A stretch of 64,000 nucleotides of DNA from assembly GCA_029261575.1 (NCBI GenBank), contig JAJDBD010000088.1, forward strand, positions 13,524 through 77,523, read 5' to 3'. This document shows, piece by piece, positions 20,843 through 30,035 of this stretch. Position 1 is the stretch's first letter; every line of letters starts with the position of its first letter. Position numbers and translations under genes: made by a program. Source of the DNA: Nitrospinaceae bacterium (GTDB lineage Bacteria; Nitrospinota; Nitrospinia; Nitrospinales; JACRGP01). The notes below the pieces were generated by a model. The model saw only the letters and a program-made list of their open reading frames with translations, was not told the origin of the DNA and searched no databases.

Positions 20843-21859
20843 ATGAACCTTACGAAAATATTAAAATATGGACGGGTTTATTATAATTGGCGCGTCAAAA
20901 AAAGCGTAAAATTGAACTATTTGCCGGACGATATTTCCATTGAGACGACCAATATTTGCAATTTCAAATGTCAATTTTGCCCGCAAAGCGATTCCGAACA
21001 TTTTTCCCACCTCAACAAAAGTTATTTAACTTCAGAAAACCTGGAGATCATCCTAAAAAAATTAAGAGCGGAGGGGATCACAACAAATCTCCTGCATTGG
21101 ACTTTGGACGGGGAACCTTTTATTAACAAAAATTTTCCCGAACTGTTTGAAGTCGCCCTTAAATATGGATTTCATCGTTTTCATTTTTCCACCAATGGGA
21201 CTCTTTGCGACGCCAAAACCTTGAGAGCGTTTCCTGTAAGCCACCGACTTTCAATCACGCTGGCTATAGACTTTTGCGCGGACCCGGAATATTTTGAATC
21301 TGTCCGCGGCACAAAGGACTCCTGGGAAAGGGTGGTAAATAATATTAAAAGCCTGCTAGACGCGGAAGATCTGAACCATGTTCATATTGAGTTGCAGGAC
21401 ATTTTCTCTTTTTCCAATTCCGCCTCTGAAGAGCTTGACGCGAGTTTTTTAAAATTAAAAGAACTGTTTGGAGAGCGCGAACGGTTGTCAATGTTTACGA
21501 AAACCTTTCACAACGCCGCTGGATATCTTGAAAGCGCAAATGAGAATTCGAACCAACATATTAAGCGATATTTTGGATGCCCATATCCATGGTCAAGTAT
21601 GGTGATAGCGTCAAACGGAGACGTCGTGGCATGTTGCCGGGATCTTCGGCACCAAACAGTTCTTGGCAATCTGTTAAAGGAAAACCTTTGGGACATATGG
21701 AACGGGCCTGCCGCTCGGGAACTTCGCGAGAATTTGTCGAATGAAAAACCGGAAAATTCCGAAGCCTGTCGAGGTTGCGATTTACCCTACGATCAAAACA
21801 AACACGGTTGGGCAAATTTAATAAAAACCGCCAAGAAGCGGCTTCAAATTTTTTCATAA
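20843..21859 (+). CDS. Radical SAM protein with C-terminal SPASM/twitch-like Cys cluster
   Basis: CNFKCQFC (CxxxCxxC) near the N-terminus. C-terminal CPYPW...GDVVACCRD...CRGCD auxiliary-cluster pattern. Confidence 0.8.
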   Translation: MNLTKILKYGRVYYNWRVKKSVKLNYLPDDISIETTNICNFKCQFCPQSDSEHFSHLNKSYLTSENLEIILKKLRAEGITTNLLHWTLDGEPFINKNFPELFEVALKYGFHRFHFSTNGTLCDAKTLRAFPVSHRLSITLAIDFCADPEYFESVRGTKDSWERVVNNIKSLLDAEDLNHVHIELQDIFSFSNSASEELDASFLKLKELFGERERLSMFTKTFHNAAGYLESANENSNQHIKRYFGCPYPWSSMVIASNGDVVACCRDLRHQTVLGNLLKENLWDIWNGPAARELRENLSNEKPENSEACRGCDLPYDQNKHGWANLIKTAKKRLQIFS

Positions 21860-22012
21860 ATTCTCCAGACGCCCTTTCCTTAAAATCACAACTTTAAACG
21901 CAACTAACTGTTTATCGGATTCAACCAAAGCGACTCCTTTAAGAGCGAATTATTTCCTAAAAGCATTCGATAGCCTTAAAAGAGAGGCAGAGGGCGCCCT
22001 AAAGTTTCCCCC

Positions 22013-23350
22013 ATGAGCCTTGTAGTCATCGTAAGCACTTTTTCCATCGCGTTTTGGGTCTTTATTGCCTGGCGCTTGTCCGCGCGGTTTTCAGACGCCA
22101 TGCACTTTGGCGTTCTATTCGCCCTGTTGTTCGTCGTCAATTATCCTCTCAAGTTGATCTTCACGGAATATGGATTTCCATCGGCGATGGACAGTCTGGC
22201 GCTGGAACCCATATACCGGTTGATGGCGCTGGGGCTTTCCAACCTGTGCGCCCTGGCATTTGTTGCGCCCCTGTTTTTCTTCAAACTTCGCGTCCCATTG
22301 GGAACCCCCGAAGATTACCCTCAGGTCCTGCAAACCAAAAAAACCTACTTATGGCTCTTCCTGTTTCTGGGTTTTGAGATAATCGGCGTCGGCCCGGAAA
22401 AACTGGTGTACCTTTTGGATTTTGGGCGGGCGACTGATCTGATCGAGATAAGGACAGAGGAACGGTTGGATTCCGCAATGGCTGGATTGCTTCGCTTCGC
22501 GGGAATGGCCGCATTGATCATGCACGTGAGCAGTGTCGCTTCCAAATGGGTTTTGCTGGGAAAGAAAAGCTACTTCATGGTTTTTATCGTCTGGCCCGGT
22601 ATCATGTATTTCTTTCTGGTGTTGACCGGATCCAAGCAAAGCGTCCTTATTTTGCCCTTGTTGGCGGTAATTTTATTCAATTATTACCGGAGGATCTACC
22701 GGCAAAAATTCTATTCGTTCCAAACCATCATGGGCTTTTTGCTGGTCGGCGTTTTACTTGTGGGGCTTTTGGGCTATTTGCGAGGATTTGGCACACTGTA
22801 TGGAAACCCGTTGGAGCAAATGCTTCAACAAGGATTATACGCATTTGACGCCATTGATAATTTTGCTTTTATAATTTACCGGATGGGCGATTACTGGCGC
22901 GGCGACCTGGATTTCCTGCCAACAATCCACAATCTATCGGTGAGCGTCGTTCCAAGATTCTTTTGGCCGGACAAACCTTTGGTGATGAGTAACCAGTTCA
23001 TCATGCAAATTTATTTGCCTGAACGGTTCACCGGACATTTGGGCGAGGCCGTCAGCCCCTCGATGCCGGGCGAATTCATGCTTTCGGGTGGAATTTTTTT
23101 CATGCTGTTCTGGTCTGCCGCCATCGGCCTGTTGTTTTATTTTTTCTATTTCAAGACGCACCAACCGAAAGCCAAATTATTTTTTCTTATGGGATACCTG
23201 TTCCTGGCGATCAATATCAACAACCTGCTTCGGAGCGGCGACGGAATGCTCGGGATTTTCGTGGTGTTTTGCGTCGTAGCCTTGATCGTTCGCTTGACCT
23301 TTTTCCTGTTTTTGATTCCTTCGGGCAAAAAAAACATGCCGGTTTCATAA
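22013..23350 (+). CDS. Polytopic membrane protein, O-antigen/oligosaccharide repeat-unit polymerase (Wzy)-like
   Basis: 445 aa with at least 10 hydrophobic segments and one larger loop. The call rests on glycan-locus context and has no diagnostic motif, so it is tentative. Confidence 0.45.
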   Translation: MSLVVIVSTFSIAFWVFIAWRLSARFSDAMHFGVLFALLFVVNYPLKLIFTEYGFPSAMDSLALEPIYRLMALGLSNLCALAFVAPLFFFKLRVPLGTPEDYPQVLQTKKTYLWLFLFLGFEIIGVGPEKLVYLLDFGRATDLIEIRTEERLDSAMAGLLRFAGMAALIMHVSSVASKWVLLGKKSYFMVFIVWPGIMYFFLVLTGSKQSVLILPLLAVILFNYYRRIYRQKFYSFQTIMGFLLVGVLLVGLLGYLRGFGTLYGNPLEQMLQQGLYAFDAIDNFAFIIYRMGDYWRGDLDFLPTIHNLSVSVVPRFFWPDKPLVMSNQFIMQIYLPERFTGHLGEAVSPSMPGEFMLSGGIFFMLFWSAAIGLLFYFFYFKTHQPKAKLFFLMGYLFLAININNLLRSGDGMLGIFVVFCVVALIVRLTFFLFLIPSGKKNMPVS

Positions 23351-24217
23351 TTTACGAATCCGGTATTCAAGGGAAGAGTAGATTCCAAGAAATTTTAATA
23401 TGGAAAAAACAGGTTTGGAAAGCCCCAGTCTATTTATCAGACGCAATACGGCAATGAATTTTTTGTGGCCTTTTATTTGATCGTACTTTTCGTGGATCAA
23501 AATACTTTCCAGTTTTTCCAGATATATATTTTCAAAGGAGACGTCGAGATTTTTGAGGATTCTCTCAATTATAAAGGGATGCACAAATTGCAGTTGGTCT
23601 ATGGCTGCGGGATCTTTCCCGCATAATTTGACGATAAGTTTAGAAAGCCATCGGGGACCCAGAGGCGCCATCCAGAGTTGTAAATGCGGTTCGTAAGGCC
23701 AAATGTAATTGGGCGCCTCCAGATGCAGGACGCCCCCCGGTTTCAACACCCGGGCCATTTCATTAAGGCTTTTCTCGACGTCCTCGACATGCTCGATCAC
23801 CGTATGACAGGTGATCAAATCAAAAGTACCATCATCATAAGGAAGCGCCTCGGCGAGACCTTTATCAATCCGGATTTTTTTTGCGTTCTCCGGCGCACAA
23901 AACTTACTTTTAACGACGGCGTTTCCCAGGTCCACGGCCAGTTGCTCAATTTCAATACCGTCCGCATGGGCGATCCGGCCCGAACAAGCCGCTCCAAATA
24001 CCAACGGACCCCAGGAACACCCGACGTCCAAAACGGAGAGTCCGTCTCCTTCGATCAAGCTTAACGAACGTTCCATAATATTCTCGCCGGTAGAAATGGA
24101 CTCTTTAATTTCATCCAACGCCGATTTGCCAGACTGTTTTCTTAGCCCGTGGCCCGCATTGGGAGGAGCGTGAAATAATCGTTGAGCCAGGGTTTCAAGT
24201 TCGGGCATGCTTTCCAT
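23345..24217 (-). CDS. Class I SAM-dependent methyltransferase
   Basis: Motif I VLDVGCSWGP and post-I/II motifs (FDLITCHTVIEHV, LKPGGVLHLE). Convergent 6-nt overlap with the preceding gene. Confidence 0.8.
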   Translation of the reverse strand: MESMPELETLAQRLFHAPPNAGHGLRKQSGKSALDEIKESISTGENIMERSLSLIEGDGLSVLDVGCSWGPLVFGAACSGRIAHADGIEIEQLAVDLGNAVVKSKFCAPENAKKIRIDKGLAEALPYDDGTFDLITCHTVIEHVEDVEKSLNEMARVLKPGGVLHLEAPNYIWPYEPHLQLWMAPLGPRWLSKLIVKLCGKDPAAIDQLQFVHPFIIERILKNLDVSFENIYLEKLESILIHEKYDQIKGHKKFIAVLRLINRLGLSKPVFSILKFLGIYSSLEYRIRKL

Positions 24218-24478
24218 ATATTAACAAGCGTCCAGTATCCAAATTTTTCGTTGGCAAGCGTCTTTTAAAATTAATATACTTCGCTGGAGAGGTCTTTTAC
24301 ATTTGCCTCCAGCATTTTACTTTACTTGCAATTTTAAGTTTGCATATTAATTTTTGATCTTTTTTCCCCCTTGAGTTTTCGTTCTTCTCATAAAGTCGAG
24401 TTTGCGAATTCTTTGACTCCGCTTATTTATCCCCTGAAAATAGCATTGGGGAGTTTAAGTTTTATTTAAAGGCGGCAT

Positions 24479-25108
24479 ATGGATTACTGGAGAGAAAAAT
24501 ATTTTTTCCCGGTTTTAAAGGAAAATAAAAGCGTCGCCCTGGTGGGTATTGGAGCGGCGGAGGCCTATGTTGAAAAACAACTTCTGGAAGAATGGGATCC
24601 CTATCTTTTAAGCAAACAATGTAAAGATTATTGCGTTTACGATATCAATGATAAATTAGTATCCATTGCCCGAGACCATGGTATCCGCGCCGAGACGCTG
24701 GACGTCGCTCAACAAACTTTAGGGCGGGAATTTGACCGAATTTTCGCCGTCGACGTTGTGGAGCATGTTTTCGACCCAATCTCTTTTTTAAAAAACTTGA
24801 GAGATTCCCTTGCCCCGGAAGGTCTTTTGGTGATCACAACTCCCAATGCCATTTATTGGCGCCAATTCATAAGCCTGCGCGAATTCGAGGAACATTTATT
24901 TTCCTTCAATTGCGAGACCTTAAAACATCTGGCGCGTGAGATTAATTTGGAAATCGTAGAACTGAAATCTTTCCAAACCACCGGCGGAGTCGACTCGCTT
25001 CCCAGAAAAACGCTTCAATATTTCCACAATATCATGGCCCGCCTGGGACGCGGAAATACGCTCTTAATGGCGGCGCAATCTTCAATTCAAAAATTTAAGG
25101 AATCGTAA
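24479..25108 (+). CDS. Class I methyltransferase-like protein (degenerate motif I)
   Basis: FDRIFAVDVVEHVFDP...LAPEGLLVITTPN resembles the Methyltransf_11/23 core. The motif I region is VALVGIGAAEAY. Confidence 0.5.
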   Translation: MDYWREKYFFPVLKENKSVALVGIGAAEAYVEKQLLEEWDPYLLSKQCKDYCVYDINDKLVSIARDHGIRAETLDVAQQTLGREFDRIFAVDVVEHVFDPISFLKNLRDSLAPEGLLVITTPNAIYWRQFISLREFEEHLFSFNCETLKHLAREINLEIVELKSFQTTGGVDSLPRKTLQYFHNIMARLGRGNTLLMAAQSSIQKFKES

Positions 25109-25137
25109 CCAATTCCATTTCAATTTTTTCATGAGTC

Positions 25138-26052
25138 TTGATAAGACAAATGGCGCTTTCAGCAAAAAGTTTTTTTGTAGAAAATAAACCAAATCTCCAG
25201 CCGGATATAAGGCTGAATTTGGAAAAGGAATTTTTTTGTTCCATTAAGCTTAGTAATGGAACGTTTAAAACTACTTGGCCAAATCGTTTCAAAGATATTG
25301 ACTTGGAAGTCATTAAGTACTTACAAAAACAGGCGGCGGTAAAGCCCAAAACCTTTTTGGATATTGGTGTGTCTTCCGGAAGATCAACTTATGAATGGTT
25401 CCTATCGCTTAAAGACGCTGGATTTCAACCTAAAATGAAGGGGACCGATCTAATTTTGACAGCATATTTAATTCGTATTTGCTCCGGAATCTACGTTCTA
25501 GCTGAAAAAAATGGACATCCACTCCAATTCGATTTAATTAATGTTGTAATTCGGTCTTGGAATAGGAGATTGGATTATTTTACCGGTTATTTTTGTCTAA
25601 CCATAGCGCTCAAACGAATTTTCAAGCCTGAATTTCTATTAAAAAAAATACATTATGGAGAAAAACAATTAAAAAAATCTTCATGCCAAGAAAATACAAA
25701 AAAAATAAAACTTCTTAGCCCTATTATCCGTGAGGATTGCCCCATTGAGTTTTATGAAGACGATATATTGGCGAAAAACTCCGGATCGTTCAAGAGGAAA
25801 TACGATATGATCCGCGTCTGCAATTTATTAAACAAGGGCTATTTCACTCTCGATCAATTAAGATTGGGTCTAAAAAATATAATTGAAAAACTGTCCGGTC
25901 CAGGCTCTTATTTGTTAATTAATCGCACAGTGGACGCCATCAACCACGGCGCTCTTTTTCGTTTTCGCGACGACGGTCGATTGGAGTCCGTGTTGCAATT
26001 GGGAAAAGGCTCCGAAATTGAAGACCTTGTCCTGGAAATGACAATCGATTAA
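25138..26052 (+). CDS. Hypothetical protein, CheR-like/class I methyltransferase fold suspected
   Basis: FLDIGVSSGRSTYEW (motif I-like) and YDMIRVCNLLNKGYF (CheR-like). Very AT-rich gene. TTG start at 25138 or ATG at 25150. Confidence 0.4.
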   Translation: MIRQMALSAKSFFVENKPNLQPDIRLNLEKEFFCSIKLSNGTFKTTWPNRFKDIDLEVIKYLQKQAAVKPKTFLDIGVSSGRSTYEWFLSLKDAGFQPKMKGTDLILTAYLIRICSGIYVLAEKNGHPLQFDLINVVIRSWNRRLDYFTGYFCLTIALKRIFKPEFLLKKIHYGEKQLKKSSCQENTKKIKLLSPIIREDCPIEFYEDDILAKNSGSFKRKYDMIRVCNLLNKGYFTLDQLRLGLKNIIEKLSGPGSYLLINRTVDAINHGALFRFRDDGRLESVLQLGKGSEIEDLVLEMTID

Positions 26053-26320
26053 TTTCGAATCAATCAGACTTCCGCGACTGAATAACCGGCAATCCCTTCC
26101 AGCGTTTATTTTTTATCCCCATCTACTGAATACGGTTTTCCATTGGAAACAAGAACCGCCGCCGATCAACCTCAAGCGGAGGCTCGCAGAAGCCCTCTCT
26201 CCGCCGCCGTTATTTTGATTTTAAAAGAGCGCTTTTCTTGTTAAACTTGCGCCAACAAATACCTGTCGGCGCAAACAAAGCGGCTTGCGTCGACCATTCC
26301 CTAGATATTTTTCCGCGAAT

Positions 26321-27091
26321 ATGGCTGAACCACAAAGTCAGGAAAGCGTCAAATCGTTCGAACATCAGTGGACCCAGTTCCAAACCTGGGACAGCGAGGC
26401 GGACTATTACAGAAGACTGTTCACCGACCAAGGCGTCCTGCACGATTATTACGACGGCAAAGTTGTGGCCGACGTCGGGTCGGGCAACGGTCGAGCCTCT
26501 TGGTTTTTGGCGAAACTGACCAAGGCGAAAAAAATCATTTCTATAGAGCTTGCAATCAAAAACATTGAAAAACAAAAATCCTACATTAAAGACCCCCGCG
26601 TGGAATTCATCCAGGAAGACGCAGGACTCGTTAAGTTTAAAGCGGATATTATTTGTTGTTTTGGCTTCATTCAGCACACCCGCAACCCTCAGGCGGTATT
26701 AAAAAACCTGGTCGCTAATTTAAACGACGGCGGGGAATTGCTGGTTTCATTTTACGGAAAAACCCTGGCGACGATGGGGTTGGAGCCGCTCAGGTTCCTG
26801 CTCAAAAGATTGCCGAAAAAAATTCTCTGGGTTCTGACGCCGCTGTTGGCGCCTATTTTCATGGCGAGAAAAGCGGGACGATCCGGCGGATTTAAAAACG
26901 CGCGGGTCACGGCTTATGACTGGTTCGGCTCCCATCATTATCAATATTATTTTTCAGAATCGGAAGCCAGAACGCATCTCATTAACTGCGGCCTCCATCC
27001 GAATAACATTTTGAAAATACGAAAAGGGGCCTACCGGGCGCGAGCAGGCGAATTCCCCCTGTCCCTTGATGAAACCCTGAAAGCGTTTTGA
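26321..27091 (+). CDS. Class I SAM-dependent methyltransferase
   Basis: Motif I VADVGSGNGRASW, then CCFGFIQHTRNP and LNDGGELLVSFY. The ATG at 26321 (MAEPQSQ) is preferred over the TTG at 26285. Confidence 0.8.
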   Translation: MAEPQSQESVKSFEHQWTQFQTWDSEADYYRRLFTDQGVLHDYYDGKVVADVGSGNGRASWFLAKLTKAKKIISIELAIKNIEKQKSYIKDPRVEFIQEDAGLVKFKADIICCFGFIQHTRNPQAVLKNLVANLNDGGELLVSFYGKTLATMGLEPLRFLLKRLPKKILWVLTPLLAPIFMARKAGRSGGFKNARVTAYDWFGSHHYQYYFSESEARTHLINCGLHPNNILKIRKGAYRARAGEFPLSLDETLKAF

Positions 27092-28206
27092 TGACAGATT
27101 CAAACCTTTCCAGCGTTTATTTCTATCCCCATTCTTACTTTCGTGACCGGCAACTTGACACGGTGCGCCTCTGGAAATCAAGCCCCGTTTTAAATCCTGA
27201 TCTTTTGACGCGCCAAAAAGGCCGACAAGTCAATAAATCCATTTCCCTATCCAAATCCATACGCCTAAGCTGGAAACAAAAATTGCCGTTAATGAACGTA
27301 AGACTGCGACCCGCAGGATTACCGCGCGACGCCGTCGTTTATGTTTGGGGCGGTTTGTTGGCTACGGGACCTTTTATCATCGACCTGGACAATCCCTACG
27401 CCATGACGGGATACAATCTTACGGCGATGAAACTGTACCGGCTATTTATTTCTATTTTTCTTCGCGCCGACCGTTGCCGGGAAATCCGCTGCATGAGCGG
27501 GGCCTGCCGAAAAACTTTAAAACTCTTGTTTGGCGACGCCGTTTATCAAAAAGCCAGGGTGTGTTACCCCTACATGGAAGCCAAGGTGAATACGCCGCCG
27601 GAAGCCGATCCAAGAGGCTGCCGCTTTCTTTTCGTTGGGACCCAGTTTGAAATCAAGGGAGGCGCGGCTCTGCTAAACGCCTTTCAAAAAGTTTACGAAA
27701 AGGAACCTTCCGCGCGACTCGACATCGTCACTCACCTGCCGGAAAAATTTAAAACGCGGATCGACTCTTGTCCAGGTATCCATGCGCATAAAGCCACCCT
27801 TTCAAGAGACGCCGTCCACGAGCGTTTCATGAAAAATGCCGACGTCCTGATCCATCCCACCTACGTGGACTCCTTTGGCATGGTCGTACTGGAAGCGTTG
27901 GCTCACGGCCTGGCGATCATCGGAACGGACGTCTACGCCCTGCGGGAAATGATCCGGGACGGCTATAACGGCGCCCTGCTCCAACCACCCATTTCCATAT
28001 GGAACGAGGCGATTCCCTCGCCTTTTTATAAGGAATTATCCTCCTTTAAAACGCATTTGGAAAAACTGGACGCCAGTATATTTGAAGCAGACCTGGAAAA
28101 ACCCATGCTGACCTTTGCCCAGAACCCAGAGCGACTTCGCGTTTGCAAACAAAACAGTTTAAATTTGTTTCGCGAGAATTTTAGCGCCAACCGAGGTAAT
28201 AATTGA
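27091..28206 (+). CDS. Glycosyltransferase, GT4 (GT-B fold)
   Basis: C-terminal domain HPTYVDSFGMVVLEALAHGLAIIGTDVYALREMIRDGYNGALL (E-x7-E region). The start overlaps the upstream stop. Confidence 0.8.
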   Translation: MTDSNLSSVYFYPHSYFRDRQLDTVRLWKSSPVLNPDLLTRQKGRQVNKSISLSKSIRLSWKQKLPLMNVRLRPAGLPRDAVVYVWGGLLATGPFIIDLDNPYAMTGYNLTAMKLYRLFISIFLRADRCREIRCMSGACRKTLKLLFGDAVYQKARVCYPYMEAKVNTPPEADPRGCRFLFVGTQFEIKGGAALLNAFQKVYEKEPSARLDIVTHLPEKFKTRIDSCPGIHAHKATLSRDAVHERFMKNADVLIHPTYVDSFGMVVLEALAHGLAIIGTDVYALREMIRDGYNGALLQPPISIWNEAIPSPFYKELSSFKTHLEKLDASIFEADLEKPMLTFAQNPERLRVCKQNSLNLFRENFSANRGNN

Positions 28207-28316
28207 TTACTATCCCAGCTGAGCTTAGTTTGGCATAAAGATTATTTTTCGTTCGGAAGTTATTTGAATCCCGATCTGGGACTTGAATCGCTAATTTTTT
28301 TATTTGGAAGAATCGC

Positions 28317-29222
28317 GTGAAGGTTTCCTTTGTCATCCCCACATATAACCGCGCGGAAAAGGTTAAACGGACCATTCAAAGCGTCTTGAATCAAAAATCC
28401 GCAACGGTGGAAGCCATCGTTGTCGACGACGCGTCTACAGACTCCATCCGGGAAACCATGGAGTTATTTCGCGATCATCCGGAGGTCCGATACATCCGGT
28501 TTGAAAAAAACCGGGGACAAAACGTCGCCAGGAACGTCGGTATCGAAGCCGCCACGGGAGACCTGGTCGCCATTTTGGACAGCGACAACGAAGATTTTGG
28601 AAGCGACCTGAGTCCTGTTTGGGAAACGCTCCAACAAAACAAAGATCTTCTTGCCGTATTTACGGGAGCCGTTTCTTGCGCCACCAGGAAACGGATGGGG
28701 AACTTTTCTTCGGCTGGAAAAGTTTTTGGCTGGGAAGGGTTTTTGAACGGCGTCTATCAGGGAGAATATCAACCCTTTTTCAAAAAATCCGACATTACCG
28801 GAAAAGTGTTCGACGAAGGTCTGGGAATCAAACGTTCGTGCACAACCTTGGCCTGGTTGCGTTTGGGGAAAAAACATAAATTCACTATTCTGGATATTCC
28901 AACTCTCCTTTACGACGATACCGGGGAAGACCGGATGGGAAATATTTCCAACGTTCTCCACGACGCCGAGGAAATGTATCAGTGCAATTCATTGATTCTT
29001 GAAAATTTTGGAAACGATATTCTAGCCTACCCAAAAGCCTATTCCACGTTGCAACTAAACATGGCTTATTATTCTCTGCTATTCCAGGGACGCTGGAAAG
29101 CCTGGAAACATTTGAAAGACGTCTCCTGGCTCCGATCGGATAAGGTAAGATGGTTAATTGTCGCCTCATGCATTCTGGCCGGCCCCGGTCTGGTGAAATG
29201 GGCAAGAAAGCTTTTAGCTTAA
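28317..29222 (+). CDS. Glycosyltransferase family 2
   Basis: VSFVIPTYNRAEKV...VVDDASTD...ILDSDN (GT-A DxD). GTG start. Confidence 0.85.
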   Translation: MKVSFVIPTYNRAEKVKRTIQSVLNQKSATVEAIVVDDASTDSIRETMELFRDHPEVRYIRFEKNRGQNVARNVGIEAATGDLVAILDSDNEDFGSDLSPVWETLQQNKDLLAVFTGAVSCATRKRMGNFSSAGKVFGWEGFLNGVYQGEYQPFFKKSDITGKVFDEGLGIKRSCTTLAWLRLGKKHKFTILDIPTLLYDDTGEDRMGNISNVLHDAEEMYQCNSLILENFGNDILAYPKAYSTLQLNMAYYSLLFQGRWKAWKHLKDVSWLRSDKVRWLIVASCILAGPGLVKWARKLLA

Positions 29223-29256
29223 TAAGTAACCCTCGTAATATATTTCATTTATTTAT

Positions 29257-29994
29257 ATGACCTCCAACATTAATACGCCGGAATTTGGCCCTGAGTTTTA
29301 CGAAGAATTCTGGAAGAATGAGGATTTTGCTTTCCGTTATCAACTGGATTCCGCTTTGCGGGACCGATTTCCCGCCATTCAAGAAGTTTGGGGGAATCTT
29401 CCCTCGCCGGAAAGCGTTTTGGATTTCGGGTGCGGCAATGGCGTCCTGACGGATCACATGTTTCGAAATGGATTTGGGAGCAAACTTTTGGGAGTGGATA
29501 TAAGCAAAAAAGGAATCAATTTTGCCAAGAAAAAATTTCAAGGATCCAACCTCCAATTTCAAACATACAGCCCCGGACAGGAAGACTCCTTGCCCCAATG
29601 CGATGTTCTGGTCTCCTCGCATGTGCTGGAGCACCTTCACGATCCCAGCGACGTTCTTTGCAGAATATTGCCGCTGGCAAAACTGTTTGTTTTGGAGGTT
29701 CCTTTGGAGAGTTGTCTTTTACAAAATACAATCGACCGTTTCCGCCCGCAAAGGAGAAAAAATAACGCCGTGGGACATGTTAATTTTTGGAGTAAAGCGA
29801 CATTCAGGGAATTTCTGGAAAATTCCGGTCTGACGATCATTAAGGATTTTCATTATGCCGCCGCGCCTTTTTCTCCATTTACGCCTCCTTATAAAAGGAC
29901 CATTGAACAAACGTTGTTAAAACTGCTGGGCCTTCGGATTTATGAAAAATTGATGGCCACGCATTATATCGTTCTGGCCAAGTCTCGGACCTGA
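29257..29994 (+). CDS. Class I SAM-dependent methyltransferase
   Basis: Motif I VLDFGCGNGVLT, then CDVLVSSHVLEHLHDP. Confidence 0.8.
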   Translation: MTSNINTPEFGPEFYEEFWKNEDFAFRYQLDSALRDRFPAIQEVWGNLPSPESVLDFGCGNGVLTDHMFRNGFGSKLLGVDISKKGINFAKKKFQGSNLQFQTYSPGQEDSLPQCDVLVSSHVLEHLHDPSDVLCRILPLAKLFVLEVPLESCLLQNTIDRFRPQRRKNNAVGHVNFWSKATFREFLENSGLTIIKDFHYAAAPFSPFTPPYKRTIEQTLLKLLGLRIYEKLMATHYIVLAKSRT

Positions 29995-30035
29995 TTCAAG
30001 TCTTATAACCCCATTCCCTCTCAAGAGAAATTTCT

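Noticed and set aside
20843-21859. RiPP (peptide natural product) interpretation of the two radical SAM/SPASM genes.
   Set aside because: I found no plausible short precursor ORF, no peptidase/transporter set, and no RiPP recognition element partner. Both genes are embedded among glycosyltransferases and methyltransferases. The question is kept open in the findings but is not called a RiPP cluster.
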